DNA of 64,000 nucleotides from Mytilus californianus. Lineage: Eukaryota. A program made the translations under genes and the position numbers. Every line of letters starts with the position of its first letter. The stretch's first letter is position 1. The notes under the pieces are model-generated. The model worked only from the letters and a program-made list of their open reading frames with translations. It ran no database searches and was not told where the DNA came from. Of the stretch, positions 12,800 to 25,980 are shown piece by piece. The stretch lies in NCBI RefSeq assembly GCF_021869535.1, contig NW_026262723.1, forward strand, positions 80,042,001 through 80,106,000. The letters are read 5' to 3'.

Positions 12800-14469
12800 G
12801 AACATGGTTTGTGCTCGATACAATTAATAATGTGGGCTCAGGCTAAAACCCATAATTCTCAAATAGATAACATTTAATCTTTACATGTCAGGCATAAATA
12901 TCAACAGAAATATATTATTCCAGCAAAATGTATATCACATTTTATAAACAATAACAATAAAGATAACTATCATTTGGTGCATTTCCTGATTTGGTGATTT
13001 AGAGATTTTGTGAAACTTCCCAAGTATTTAGAATTATTTCTACAAAATCATCCAAGGAAATTGCAACTCAATATGAAATCCTTTTTTCTATAAATTATGT
13101 TTAAAATTACTACCTAAACAATTTCTTAACTTTGGTTAAAATATCACACCATCTATAATAGTTGGTGCTTTTCCCAAAATTTCTCCACATCTGGAGATAG
13201 ACCCCTGCACTTGCAGAGTCGAGAAATGCGGTTACCCGAAATTTGGGTGAAATATATAGCTTAATGGTTTACAAGTTCCGTACCATCTCAATTCGGTTTA
13301 TTAATTGCCTCTGTGTCGTTTTGTGCTCTTTAACTTACAAGGTTTGTATGCCCCACTGCTTGGTTATGGCATAGGCAGCCTGGATTATGTACCAACTTTG
13401 TTTATATATAGCAACGTCCACTAGATTAAGCACGAGGAAAATGGCACCAAGTAAAGGAATAAACGTGGACAGAAGAAACAAAAATGGGAAATGCACCTAT
13501 CGTGAATGAATAATAGCTGCTAAACATACATACACAAGTTAAATAGACTATGGGTAATTGCACCATTGTTGATTTTTATTGATTTCCATCACGAAATAAG
13601 TAATCTTTATGCCAAAAATAGCGACCAAAACAACCGGCGAAAAGTGGCAGTAAAAATAGAAATTTAATTTGCGTAACATACGTTTGCACGGTATAACAAT
13701 ACTATTATTCTGAAGAATTAGGAGGCATCGTTCCTGATAAAGAACAGTTCTCGTAAAAACAATTACATAAAGATATAGCCCCGAAGAAGCAGTGCCGTCA
13801 GAGTCAACCTTGGCAGGAGCATAAAACATTGGCCTATTTTAAAGACCATTGGCTTTGGTCATAAATAGAGAGCAATTTTAAAGAACACTGATTTTAAGAA
13901 ATGCAGTTCATCAGATCATAAAGCAAAGAAATAAAGTATCTTTCTTTGCATCCAATGGTAACCTCTATAACATTGGCTACTTTATTTGAGTAACAGAAGC
14001 CATTAAGCTCTTGGTGTCTATCGTCAATTTTAGGGTGAGCAAACCACTTATTAATTAGATTTCAAAACGTTATTAGTTATTTAGCCCTTACTGTATCCTG
14101 AGAAATAACTATGGTACGAACTCGGAACAGTACCTACTACGTACCTTCGATACTTGACAATATTGCAGCAGTGATAAAATGGAAGGCTCACATAATAAAA
14201 TCAAGAAATCAGGAGGAGGCAAAATCTGCTATTGTTGAGGACATGACCATTACTGATGTTGTTATTATATCTGATTAAGTAATGAAATGTCTACCTAAGA
14301 AGTATCGAGAAGGTTTGTTGTTTATGTTTTTGTTGATGTCTCTGAACTTTCTAATTTCACAGACACACTACTAAGTTAAAATTGAAAGTATAAAAATTGA
14401 TAGTTTATTTGAAACTGCTTTCAAAAATATGTTGTTCTATATACTTTAACATGAAACAAGTACAAAAAA

Positions 14470-15950
14470 TAGCCACTTCCGGTTTACACAAAGTCACTTA
14501 TGTTTGCTTTTCAAAGTCATATAGCTTGTAACCTAATGATAAAGTCCTATGGCTTTATGATGTATAAATATGAATTTAAAGCAAAGGTCAAAATTAAGAA
14601 CGTCAAATTTACCTATGACCTTGACCTCAATTTCAAGGTCATAAACCAAGGACCTCAAATCAAAAGACACTAGGTCTTTATTATATATGGTTGATGAGTT
14701 AAATCATCATACGCGTAATTTTAATTATAATAGGGGAGAAAACTCCCATTTAATGTCAGCTTATCTTTTCAACCAAAATGTATGTGTTACGACATGTCGC
14801 AACAAACAATTTAGTAAAAATATGTTGTCGATATCTTATATGGTTTTTGAAAAAAAGTGAAAATAAGCCAAAATTAATAAGTATAAAATTTAGAATATGA
14901 CATTGGCCTTTGACCTTGACCTAATTTTTTTTTTTTTTTTTTGACCAAGGACCTCAAATCAAAAGACCCTAGGTCTCTATCACTTATGGTTTACCAGTTA
15001 CATATGCATATCACTTATATCAAGTGCATAAGGGGAAATAACTCATATGGAGTCTCCCGATAGCTTCGGTCCAAATGGTCATCCTAATCCTGAAGATGTA
15101 ACGAGCAATTTGGTAAAATAAATTTGTCGCTTTCATTTACGGTTACGGAGGAGATCTCGGAACAATGAAAAGTCAAAAATTAGAACATGACCTTTGACCT
15201 TGACCTCAAATTTATTTTTATGAATCCAGGACCTCAAATACACGTATCTTAGGTCTGTATTACTTGCCATTCATACATTGACATATCACTTATGTCAAAT
15301 TCAAAAGGGGAAATAACTGTCATATAGAGTCTACGAATTGATTCGGTTAAATTTGACAAATCATCTTTAGGATATAACGAGTAATTCGGTACAATAAGTT
15401 TGTCGCTTTTTTTTTTACGGTTACGGAGGAGATATCGGAACAATGAAAAGTCAAAATTTAGAACATGACCTTGTCCTTTGACTTTGACCTCAAATTTATT
15501 TTTATGAACCCAGGACCTCAAATACATGTACCTTAGGTCTGTATTACTTACCATTCATGTGATACATTGACATATCACTTATGTCAAATTCAAAAGGGAA
15601 ATAACTGTCATATGGAGTCTACGAATTGATTCGGATAAAATTTGACAAATCATCCTGAGGATATAACGAGCAAGTTAGTAAAATAAATGTGTCGCTTTCT
15701 TTACGGATACAGAGGAGATCTCACCACAAAGAAAACAGTGTTTGGGGAGATAACTCTTACAATACAAAGTCTCTGACTAAACAGGGTCAGTCTCAAAAGC
15801 GCAATAACTGTTCGATATCATATGCAAAAAATCTAAGCGACATATTGCGAAACCACAAAACAAGTTTTGAAATTTGGCTGAAGAAGAAAAAAAAATAATC
15901 AGAACAAATACAATAGGTCTTTCCACAAAATAGTGGAAAGACCTAATTAA
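14470..15950. mobile_element. Helentron/HINE-like non-autonomous element with ~280 bp tandem core and terminal hairpin
   Basis: 4-5 diverged units (TTTGTCGCT anchors at 15123, 15399, 15688); perfect 13-bp-arm hairpin TAGGTCTTTCCAC-AAAATA-GTGGAAAGACCTA at 15914-15945. Confidence 0.6.
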
Positions 15951-16559
15951 AAAAAAATATTTAGATGACACAATTACAAGTAACATTATTTTAAAGGCTA
16001 GACCCATTTTGAATAAACTAATCCTTACATGACAAAAATTTATACAAACAAATCAGTGGCTTAACATTTGGATGCGTTTTTATTTGCGACAGGTTTTTCA
16101 AGTCCAGGGCTCCCCTATGTGACTTAAACAATAAACAAAAAGCCAAGTTTTTTTAAAGGGTCTATGCAGAAATCATCTCCAATATATTGAATCATTGTGA
16201 TAGTTGTGATTATTTTCTGATCTTCAAAACGATTTATTCTATCTTGAGAGAAATAGGGATATCGAGCAAGGTAACCCTTAGTAACAGAATGCAGATTGTT
16301 GATGTACGCTTAGTGTTGCCAATCAAATCCAACGACGCAACGTTACAATTTGCATTAAAAAGTGTACTTACACTTTTGAGACAAAATCTAATTTAACAAT
16401 AAAAATCATAAGAATAAGGTAAAATTGAAGTTTAACCTAGTTAAATGGTTTCTAAAGTGCGGCATTTCATCAACAGAGGTCATTGCGTTTCCATAGTAAC
16501 CAATCTGAAATGGAATTTCTGATATAATGATTTGTATATCTAAATAATACACACAATTA

Positions 16560-16678
16560 TAATTGACTGATTGATTGATTGATTGGTGTTTAACGCCTCT
16601 TTCAACACTATTGGCTATTTCGTGGCGGTCAGTTTTTATTGGAGTGCCCGGAGAGAACCATCGACCTTTGGTAGATAA
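16560..16678 (-). mobile_element. V-domain SINE 3' fragment with (CAAT)n tail
   Basis: Reverse complement GGTTCTCTCCGGGCACTCC...AAACTGACCGCCACGAAATAGCCAATAGTGTTGAAAGAGGCGTTAAACACCAATCAATCAATC; second copy at 44585-44745. Confidence 0.65.
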
Positions 16679-18030
16679 ACAACAAGAAAAATAAGTTTGT
16701 TACCGGGGGATTTTACATCTGCATGTCCAGATCAGATTACAGCCTGCATCAGAGAAATCTGTGTGAACAGCACACAATTCTTTAAATTCTACAAGTCAAA
16801 TTATACAAATGTTTAAGAATAAAATCAACCTTTTAACAGACTCTACTTTCATTGAAAGCACTATTGATAATAAATGTGTTGCATTTACAAACAAAAACTA
16901 GATTGTGTCTCTTACTCAGGTCTATGTGCATCTTCAAGAATGGACAGTCTCCAACATTATAGACTAGAATAGAATTCATGAATTCAATTTTTTTTTATTG
17001 ATCTGTATTGCTGATAAATTTTTCTGTTTACAATTTCTCTCAGTCTTTTTTAGTGGTTGCCCAAAACACAAAAGAGGGTAAAACAATCCGCCATTTAAGG
17101 ACAATCACTCCTTTAAAGAGTATACTTACTATTTCGGCAAACTATGACTTGTTATAGGTCTTGTATTGGTGATCATTTTTGTTTTTATCTTTTATTTACA
17201 GATTTCGAAATAAAAGGCAAACACGCGAAAAATTGGTACAAATTGTCATTAACGAGCAAGAGCTCCAATAACGAGTCGACTAACGATTTCAATAATGTTG
17301 ACTTATTTGTCGATCTTGTCTTGCTGAGTACTTTTGCAATTCAAATTATCTATATATCTTTTATAGATTTCAAGATATTAGGCAACTACACTAAAAATTG
17401 TTAAAAATCCTTTTCAAAGATTAATAACTCCAATAACGAGTCGAACGACGACTACGGCCATAAGACTTATTTGTATGTATTGCTGGTCATTTTTGCTAAT
17501 TAAAGTTTCTTTCTATCTATTGTAGTTTTTGTGATATTAAGCATAAACGCAAATTGGTAAAAATCGTCAATAAAGGGCAAACACTCTTTAATAGTAGTCG
17601 CCTGACAATTTCAACCATTTTTGACGTACTCAAGATAATAGGCAAAAAAGGGAAAGAAAGGTAAAATTCATCATTTAAGAACAATAACTCCTTGCAGAAG
17701 TCCTCTGACAGTTTTGACATAAATGGACATGTAGAGCCCAACATTTTGAACATTTATGCCCCTGTAAGATTTTCTCTATTTATAGCGGTTTTCAAAATAA
17801 CAGACACAATTTGTACGGGGGCAAAGTACTTGGTATAGAACAAGACCATTTACTGAGTATGTACACAGAAGCTGGCAAGGGTTGTTCAGAATATGAATGT
17901 GCTGATATTGCAATTCTTTATAAATCATTTTTATGTACATTCCCGAAGAAGGAAACTGATTTTGGCTTCGTCCAGTTGATTATATCAATATAGATACCGG
18001 TAATGATAAACAGTACGTCAGCTACGACGG

Positions 18031-18790
18031 ATGGTGCCAATGATATTTTCATATGAAGTAAAGACTTTAATAGATTATATGTTAGATCAAAGTAAAATAC
18101 ATAGATCATTAAGTCCTTGTGTTAGTCCTCTTGTTCTGGTGGTCAAACAGCTGCGGCATGTAACGATACTCTCAATGGGTCAATTCTGCTTAGTATTTTT
18201 GACCAGTGGATTATATCAAATCCCTATAAAGAAAGATGACGTACAAGAAAAGTCTTTGTGACAAAATATGGTTTATACAAGTACAAAACTATTCCTATGG
18301 CCTTGTGTGATGGTCCATCAATCTGTCAAAGATTAATAAAGTGGCAAATTTGTATGATTTATTTGGACGAGATGATTGTATTCGGTTTTTGTTCTAAGCA
18401 GCAACAAAAATGAATGATGGCAAACTTCTTGATATGTAAATAAAAGTCCAAAAATACTTTGGAAGGCCAACTATTAACGTAGATTTATTACAGATTTCTC
18501 AGTAATGGTGTTACCACTGACATATATGTAGTCAACGAAGAAACCCAATTAATTAATTTGAACAGTATAAAGAACAAAGCTATCATTTATTTGTCTAGAT
18601 ATTATGGCTATTCCTTTAGATAAAAGATACTTCATATTGGATTCTGATGCTAGTGATGTTTCTTTTGTGGTAGTACTGAGTCAATTTCATGATGGCCAGA
18701 CCAGATTTATATATTTTCAAAATTATACTATAGCCTATGGAAGCAAAACACTAAATAAAGCTGAATGAGCTAGCTATTCGCACTAGAGCG
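18031..18790 (+). mobile_element. Gypsy pol remnant (RT and RNase H), heavily decayed
   Basis: SPCVSPLVLVVK, LTSGLYQIPI, FVTKYGLY, CMIYLDEMIVF (YxDD-derived), ILDSDASDV...VLSQ, IAYGSKTLNKAE. Confidence 0.8.
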
Positions 18791-19006
18791 GCATGTTTCG
18801 ACACATGAAGTTGCAAACATTTGACTGTGTTGCAAAGCCAGTTTGAGGATTGTGGAAAAAGATATCCAAATGTATCACAACTAAACAAACATAGAAGACA
18901 TAATCATGGACCCAAGATACAGTGCAGGTACTGTCCATGGACTTGTAGTGCTGATGACAGGTATCGGCTCAGAAACCATGAGACCTCGAGGCACCAACAC
19001 TTATAA
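18790..19006 (+). pseudogene. Degenerate C2H2 zinc-finger ORF directly downstream of Gypsy pol
   Basis: SQFEDCGKRYPNVSQLNKHRRHNH and CRYCPWTC...RLRNHETSRH fit C2H2 spacing; the first Cys is lost. Confidence 0.55.
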
Positions 19007-21349
19007 TCTTATCCTTGGGACCCCCCAAAGACATCAAGTTAGGATACAGTCATCAGTAGAGTCAGTCGACAGGACATTTCCTGCAAGGTATAGGACTCAA
19101 CCCTAAATAAAAGCAGCAAATGCCACAAGAGAGAACCTTGAATCTGAGGCCACCTTCAGGAGATCACTGAAATGTTGGATGAGCAGATGAGCCTAGGACA
19201 CCTTCACCTATGAAGAGATCGAGAAATAGCATAGAAACATATCACCTACAATAATTATCCCATCTAATGTCCTATTTAGTAAGTACTTAGAACCTATTTT
19301 ACCCGAACAATTTAAGGATCCATTAGTGTTGAAGGTGTGTAGACTTGATAGAACTGATAAATCATGAATATTGTTGTAAATCTTTTTTACGTATGAGTGT
19401 CTGAATATTTTAATATTTTGAGATTTTCCCTCAGTTAAAAGTTGAAATTACTGAGAGAATGACGTGCACTCAGACTGACTTTTTGTCATAATTAGACAAT
19501 GTCAGCCAAACTTACTTATATATACGCTTTCCTGAGGACTAAATGGACTTCCAGAATTCACAGATCAATAAGAAGTCGTGAATTACGGCTAAATCTGTAG
19601 ATCTCTGTGTCTGCTGTTGCGCAACTTGTGCCAACACAATCCGCCATTGCTAACATTGCGGCTTGACATCCGATTCAAAAACTGAAAGTTTTAAAATTTG
19701 ACCTGTAGATCAATTTGTCGATATAGCTGAATCAGAATCAATATGCACACTTGAACTCCCGAAATGTAAATTGTGCAGATATTTTGATTGGTTATCGATC
19801 TGGAAACTTGTTTCGCGATACCACTTGTTCATGTCATGCTTTAATCTAAATCAGACAAGAAAAATACACACGAGTGACAATTGGTTGCAATTTTCTTGAG
19901 GTCTTAAATGACCTATTTGTGTGATGCTTCAATCTAAGTCAGACTAGTATATTATATTCAAGCAACAATTGAATGATATTGTCTTACATGAGATCTAAGA
20001 AAGACAAATCTGGTTCACCATCTAATCACGTGATGCTTCAATATAATATTAAAACACTATAGCAAGCACAAGTTTGGTATTCATTTTATCAACAACAAAA
20101 ATAAATTGGCAGGAATTTTTTAAATCAACACTTTATGGATTTTTTATTTAGACCAATTCGAAAATACTATGTAATGACATTTAAAGTTTGCAATAAACAT
20201 CTAACCTGCTGTTTTGACAACGGTGTCACATTTTAGAACTTTCTTCAAACTTATCGAATACAACCGAAAAACATATAGCATATGAATATATAATGCAAAA
20301 TAATACTGCGATATATATCTACATGAAAGCTAATTCTAGTTCAACTCTGCAACTTGTTCATATACCTGTCCCAAATTAAACATCGACAGTTGTAGATCTA
20401 TATCATATTTTAGAGAATTTAGTGTTTATGGCATATTTTAGAAAGTTTCTGATCAATGTCAATATCTACATTCTCGGGTAAGACCTTCTTGATTTTTGTC
20501 GTTGCGTTGCTCTCTCAATGGCATATATCCCACATCGCCTTTTATGCATATTGGTATATTCTGTTAAAATTTTAATTTCATTACTTATATAAGTATGATA
20601 TTAACATGTTCGATCTTGGTATTGTTTTATCACATGAACTGTGTATGTTTGTATGTATACAATTAGACAGCGTAATCACTTGTGTTGATACCAATAACAT
20701 TGAAGTACATCTGAATTGATTTGTAAGAAACAAATCCCATTTACCTCGGCTTAATAACCAATTGGGTTGTTTATTTTGTTGTTAAATGACGATTTAATCA
20801 GATTACCAAACTGGGAAACATATTGATATCCTACGCTACAATTAATTATCCTGTCCTTCTGTCCAACACTTTTCTGGGTTGTTCCGTCGCTAATTGGTTC
20901 AGGATCTCCATAATGGCATATACCATAACATAATAATCTGATTTATGTCATACAAAGGCCACTAAGGCAAATTGATGATCGGATCAGAACTAAGGATTAG
21001 AATCCGCAAGTCAAATCATCGGTCATTTTAATAGTTGAGATGGAGGTGAAGAGTATTTTACACTTTTACATCCCTTTCTGAGAAGAAATAAAAACGAATG
21101 TTTAAATGAAATTATTTGTCAATAATCATTCGGATTATTAACGAAAAAACGTTTCGAGTTCGTATTCTTTTACACGAATCGATGAATCTTTTGATGATCT
21201 CAGACTCTTTTCACAAAAAATCTTACGACCAAAATTGTTCGTAAGTTATACTGAAATGTGTATGACTTATGAGTATTTTTACTCTTAAGATTTTTTTTGA
21301 AAAGAGCCGCAGGTTGCTCACACAATTTCGTCAATATAACAGAGCTATA

Positions 21350-21545
21350 AACAACTGTCATACAAGTTGGAGATTTTGCTAGCTATGAAACCAGGTTTAA
21401 CCCACCATTTTCTTCGGAAAATTCCTGTACCAAATTCAGGAATATGACAGTTGTTTTCCACTCATATCGTTGGTTGATAATACTTGTCAGTTTTATGAAC
21501 AATCCCTTTTGAATTTACCTTGGAGTTCTGTATTATTGTTGTACT
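21350..21545 (+). repeat. Dispersed repeat family A
   Basis: GCTAGCTATGAAACCAGGTTTAACCCACCATTTT...CCTGTACCAAATTCAGGAATATGACAGTTG. Confidence 0.65.
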
Positions 21546-21724
21546 TTTTTTAGCTTATTAATAAGTTATTTAGTTAGTGGATATTACCAACGCGCTATTG
21601 AGCCAAATGCTTTCTGCATCCATTGGACACATTATATCAAACATTCGATGAATATGTAATTAGATAACAGATTTTTGGTGACATCCTGTTCAACACCGGT
21701 ATCAAAATGAATCTACCACGTGTA

Positions 21725-22075
21725 AAAGAGAAACGAAAGATACCAAAGGGACATTCAAGCGCATAAGTCGGAAAAAAACTGACGACGCCATGGCAAAAAA
21801 CGAAAAGACCAAAACACAAACAACAGTTCACAAAACAACAAAGAAAACTAAAGAATGAGCAACACAAAACCCACCAAATGCCGGGGTGATCTCATGTGCA
21901 CCGGAAGGGTAAGCAGATCCTGCTCCACATTTGACATACGTCGTGTTGCTCATGTAAGTACGAACCCGGTGGTAAGTCTAATTTGGTAGGTCACATTCGG
22001 GGACATGATGACGGGATGGTAGTAACGACAATTGGAACATATCCGTCGCCTTTTGTGGTACAGTAATTCCATAAT
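21725..22075 (-). mobile_element. Naiad-type element 3' end (family of 31289-32415)
   Basis: Reverse complement matches 32100-32410 (GTGACCTACC...GGAGCAGGATCTGC.TACCCTTCC...GAGATCACCCC). Confidence 0.75.
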
Positions 22076-22579
22076 ACGTAAAAGCTTATTATAGTAAGCT
22101 TCTTATTAAACTCAAACGTCAGTATTGAAAACTCCGTTTCCATGCTGAGTGGATGCGTTTATAGACATTGTAATGCATAAATATATTGGTATAACTTTCG
22201 ATAATTTTATTGTTAGTATACTAATTTTCGGTTGTAAAAGTTAAGACATATTTCTCATTGTTTGTCCCAATTAATTAGTTCCTATTACCAATCCGTTTAC
22301 TACCCAGCGTAAGTTCGCGTTTGGTGACCCTGTAGTTCATTATCGTTTCAATTCATTCACGTAAGGGATATTTATTGCAATAGAAGATAAAAAAAGGTCT
22401 ACAAAACACTACTTAGGAAATTAAACCGGGTTATTTTCAAGACAACAATAGTAAGTGGAGCCCATAATGTCGCTGCACTTTCACTCTACAATTCCGCCGT
22501 TCTCGTTTATGTATTATGCATATGGGGTGACTATTGAACAGAACAATGCCTACGCATTGAAGGGACATCAAATGAAGTA

Positions 22580-22960
22580 AATAAAGGCAACAGTAGTATA
22601 CCGCTATTCGAAATTCATAAATCGATTGAGAAAAAAACAAATCCAGGTTACAAACTAAAACTGAGGGAAACACATCAAATATAAGAGGAGAAAAACGACA
22701 CAACAGAAACTCAACACTAAAATGCAACACACACAGAAACGAACTATAATATAACAATGGCAATTTTCCTGACTTGGTACAGGACATATTAAGAAAAAAT
22801 GGTGGGTTGAACCTGGTTTTGTGGCTAGCCCAACCTCCCGCTTTTATGACAATGTTAAATATAACATTAAAATGACAAGATTACATGACAGGACTACAAT
22901 ACAAATAAATTGGAGAACATACAGGACAGAGACACACACAAATAATAGCTATCAAAAGGT
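22580..22960 (-). repeat. Dispersed repeat family A (long variant)
   Basis: Near-colinear with 4610-5030. Confidence 0.75.
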
Positions 22961-24444
22961 ACCAGACTTATAATTTAATATGCCAGACGCGCGTTACAAA
23001 AGACCCATCAGTGACACTCAGATAAAAAAAAGTTCGAATTAACACTTTATAAATTTCGAACGTCCAAAGCGCTTTTAGGGATTTAACATTTATCAGGAAC
23101 GTTTGAAAGCCAGGAATGTGTAAATACGCTGCAACCTTAGGAGTCATATGACTGAAAAGGACCTAATCAGAATAGGAAATTCATGCAAGGTGAAGTTTGG
23201 TTGAGGGAGTTTATATTTAAAAATTACATAGTTAGTAGATTGCTTAATCTAAATATTACCGAAATTTTCTCCAGGTCTTATGACGTTAGAGTGCAATATG
23301 ATTACCAGCCTTCTATTCGGGTCCGTTATTCAATATATGGGCGGGTTGGCGTTTAATAGATTATAAAGGAGCAATATAAGTATTTAATTGATATATTTAG
23401 ATATCAGATACAAGGTTTGTAATTTCTTTTGGATAAATAGTTTGGATTATCATGTTAAAATCCTTTTTTTTTAATATTTTTTATTCATTGTATTTGTTTA
23501 TTTATTTTTTGACTATCGTGTTTGCTTGAAAGAAATTTAATTCGTAAATTATTGTTGATGCGTACATAAATTTAGGACAATTTTGAACAACATCAGTGTT
23601 ATATTCATGAAAACGAGCTGGTATGTAATATTTTATAATTAAGATTGGTAAATCAACGTTTTATAGACTAAAGGCCTATCTCTGTTTAGTTTGAATGAGG
23701 TGTTTATTCGTAATATAATCAGCTAAATCAGTTATAATCCAGATATTTTTACAAAACCTTCAAACGTTTAATCGAATGGATTGTGACTGTGCACGAAACC
23801 CAACGGTCTTCCGACATTTAGACTTTACAACTTGTTTGTTTTTGTTATTGTGTAAATTCGAAAACTTGTCAAGTTGTCAGAAAGTTTGTGTAAAAGATTT
23901 TAAAATATCAGAGAATCCTAAATAATGATATCAAATTCAAGGTATCACTCTTCGTATAAACCCCTTACAGTGAGTGGAATAATTGCAGTTTAATTCTTTG
24001 AATTGAATACAAATGCGTGTTACGTAAAAACCAATTTAAAAGAAGTTTTAGTTATGTGAAACGGGATTTTTTTTTTTATATATATAGTTTCCCTATAATT
24101 TGCATAAATGGCAAAACGTAACATATTATTTATTGATTCTTGCTTGTTTAACCACGCTTTATAAATTACAATCTTAGATCTGACCACAGATAGTACACAA
24201 AAAGGTAATTTGCTACATAATGTAATTTTTTGCTTTTGAACTCAACTGTTTCCTGCATTTTGTGTTGCAATGTGATTTATTTTCCGCTCTTACCAGGCCA
24301 GAATATTCATTTTCAAAATCCCACCTCCCCCATCAGAAAATCAAATGGTAGTCCCTTAGCTTCATACTTTCATCTGGAACGCTCAAAACCAACAATTTAA
24401 AGCTTAGCTTCATACTTTCATCTGGAACGCTCAAACCCAACAAC

Positions 24445-25765
24445 TTGAAGCCAATGATGTAGACATACCTAAATTTAGATTAGATATTTCAGTTTTACAC
24501 GGGAAACTCTACACTAAAATTTACGACAAAAGGGACGATTTTTCGTTCCCTATTGTTAATTTTCCATTTTGGGACGGTGATGTTCCTTTTGTCACCATCT
24601 TACGGTGTTTATATATCACAACTCGTTCGTTATGCCCGTGTCTTTTATGGCGTTTTGGATTTAAATGAACGTAATCTATCTACAAAAATGTATTACTGGT
24701 TAATTATTAAGTCGATTTAGTGAATTGATTTCGTTACTACAAATTACTTAAAACCTTTACTAAATTCTTTCATAGATATAAAGATTTGGTTTTACAGTTT
24801 AGTTGTACCTGTAGAAAACTTATTTCAAACGGGATAGCACATCCTCATTTTTACGGAGATGTTGTTTACCGAGCCCGGAAATTTAGAAACGATCCGGGTA
24901 AACTTATCGATCCTTTAAATAAACTTATTCTAAAAGGTTACCAATTCAACACTGTAAATAGATCTTTGAATATTGTTTTTATTGGTATTGATATTGATTT
25001 TGTTATCAGTAAATTAAAATCAAACTAAATATTATTTTTATATACATATGCACATTCATGGCTCTACAATCTGTCGATACCTGTAACCTAACATTGCACA
25101 ATGTCATGTTTTTCTCTGACTGTTTATGACGTCTTTACACTATATTCATTGGATTTTGGATGTGTACTGATTGATATTTTAGTCTTAGATGCATGATTTT
25201 TTTTTATTAGTTGTTATTGGCTTTTAACTAGCTGTCAGTAACTGCGAGTACTCTCAGATCTGTACTTAGTGTCTTTTTGTTGTGGGGATGTATAAGTACC
25301 CGTCCACGTCCACTCTTGTGTTTTTGTTAAATGTATTTCTATTTGTATCCATCTGATGAGTTAAGCCTTTTTGAACTGGTTTATATAGTTTGTTTTTATA
25401 TTGTACTGTTACACCACTGTCCCAGGTTAGGGGGAGGGTTGGCGACTTCAAACTAGTTTAACCCCGCCACATTCTGTATGTGCCTGTCCCAAGTCAGGAG
25501 CCTGTAATTCAGTGGTTTTAGTTTATTGCTGTGTAACATATTTATTTTTCGTTCATTATTTTGTACATAAATTAGACCGTTAGTTTTCTCGTTTGAATTG
25601 TTTTACATGTGTCATTTCGGTGCCTTTTATAGCTGACTATGCGGTATGGGCTTTGCTCATTGTTGAAGGCCGTACGGTGACCTATAGTTGTTAATTTCTG
25701 TGTCATTTGATCTCTTGTGGATAGTTGTCTCATTGGCAATAATACTACATCTTCTTTTTATATAT
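24445..25765 (+). mobile_element. Naiad-type Penelope-like element, 3' part (RT C-terminus and 3' UTR)
   Basis: LDISVLHGKLYTKIYDKRDDFSFPIVNFPF...SYGVYISQLVRYARV, then ORF to the stop at 25028 (GIAHPHFYGDVVY...), followed by a 3' UTR ending in repeat family B. Confidence 0.85.
25115..25189 (+). promoter_or_regulatory. Type-II SECIS-like hairpin in the Naiad 3' UTR
   Basis: Helix I TCTGACT/AGTC(TT)AGA; ATGA 25126-25129; helix II GTCTTTACAC/GTGTACTGAT (8 of 10 pairs by hand); ATA at the AAR slot, 12 nt after ATGA; mini-helix TTCA/TGGA; 3' TGAT 25172-25175. Confidence 0.6.
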
Positions 25766-25980
25766 ACCTAAAACTTGTGGAGTAAAATCAGCAAAAGGGA
25801 CATAAAAATACGGTCAAATCCGATTAAATGGTCTTTGCTCGTATTTAATTCTTCAAAAAAGTATGAGTAAAACAGCCATTTTAGTCAAATTTGTCAAGTT
25901 CAACATAGACATATTTTATACATCCAATCAACATGTGTATGACGTCATCCTAACTAAAGTTTATGGCGTCATAGATGTAT

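Noticed and set aside
25353-25385. Hammerhead at CTGATGAG in the Naiad 3' UTR
   Set aside because: No GAAA core half or stem II follows.
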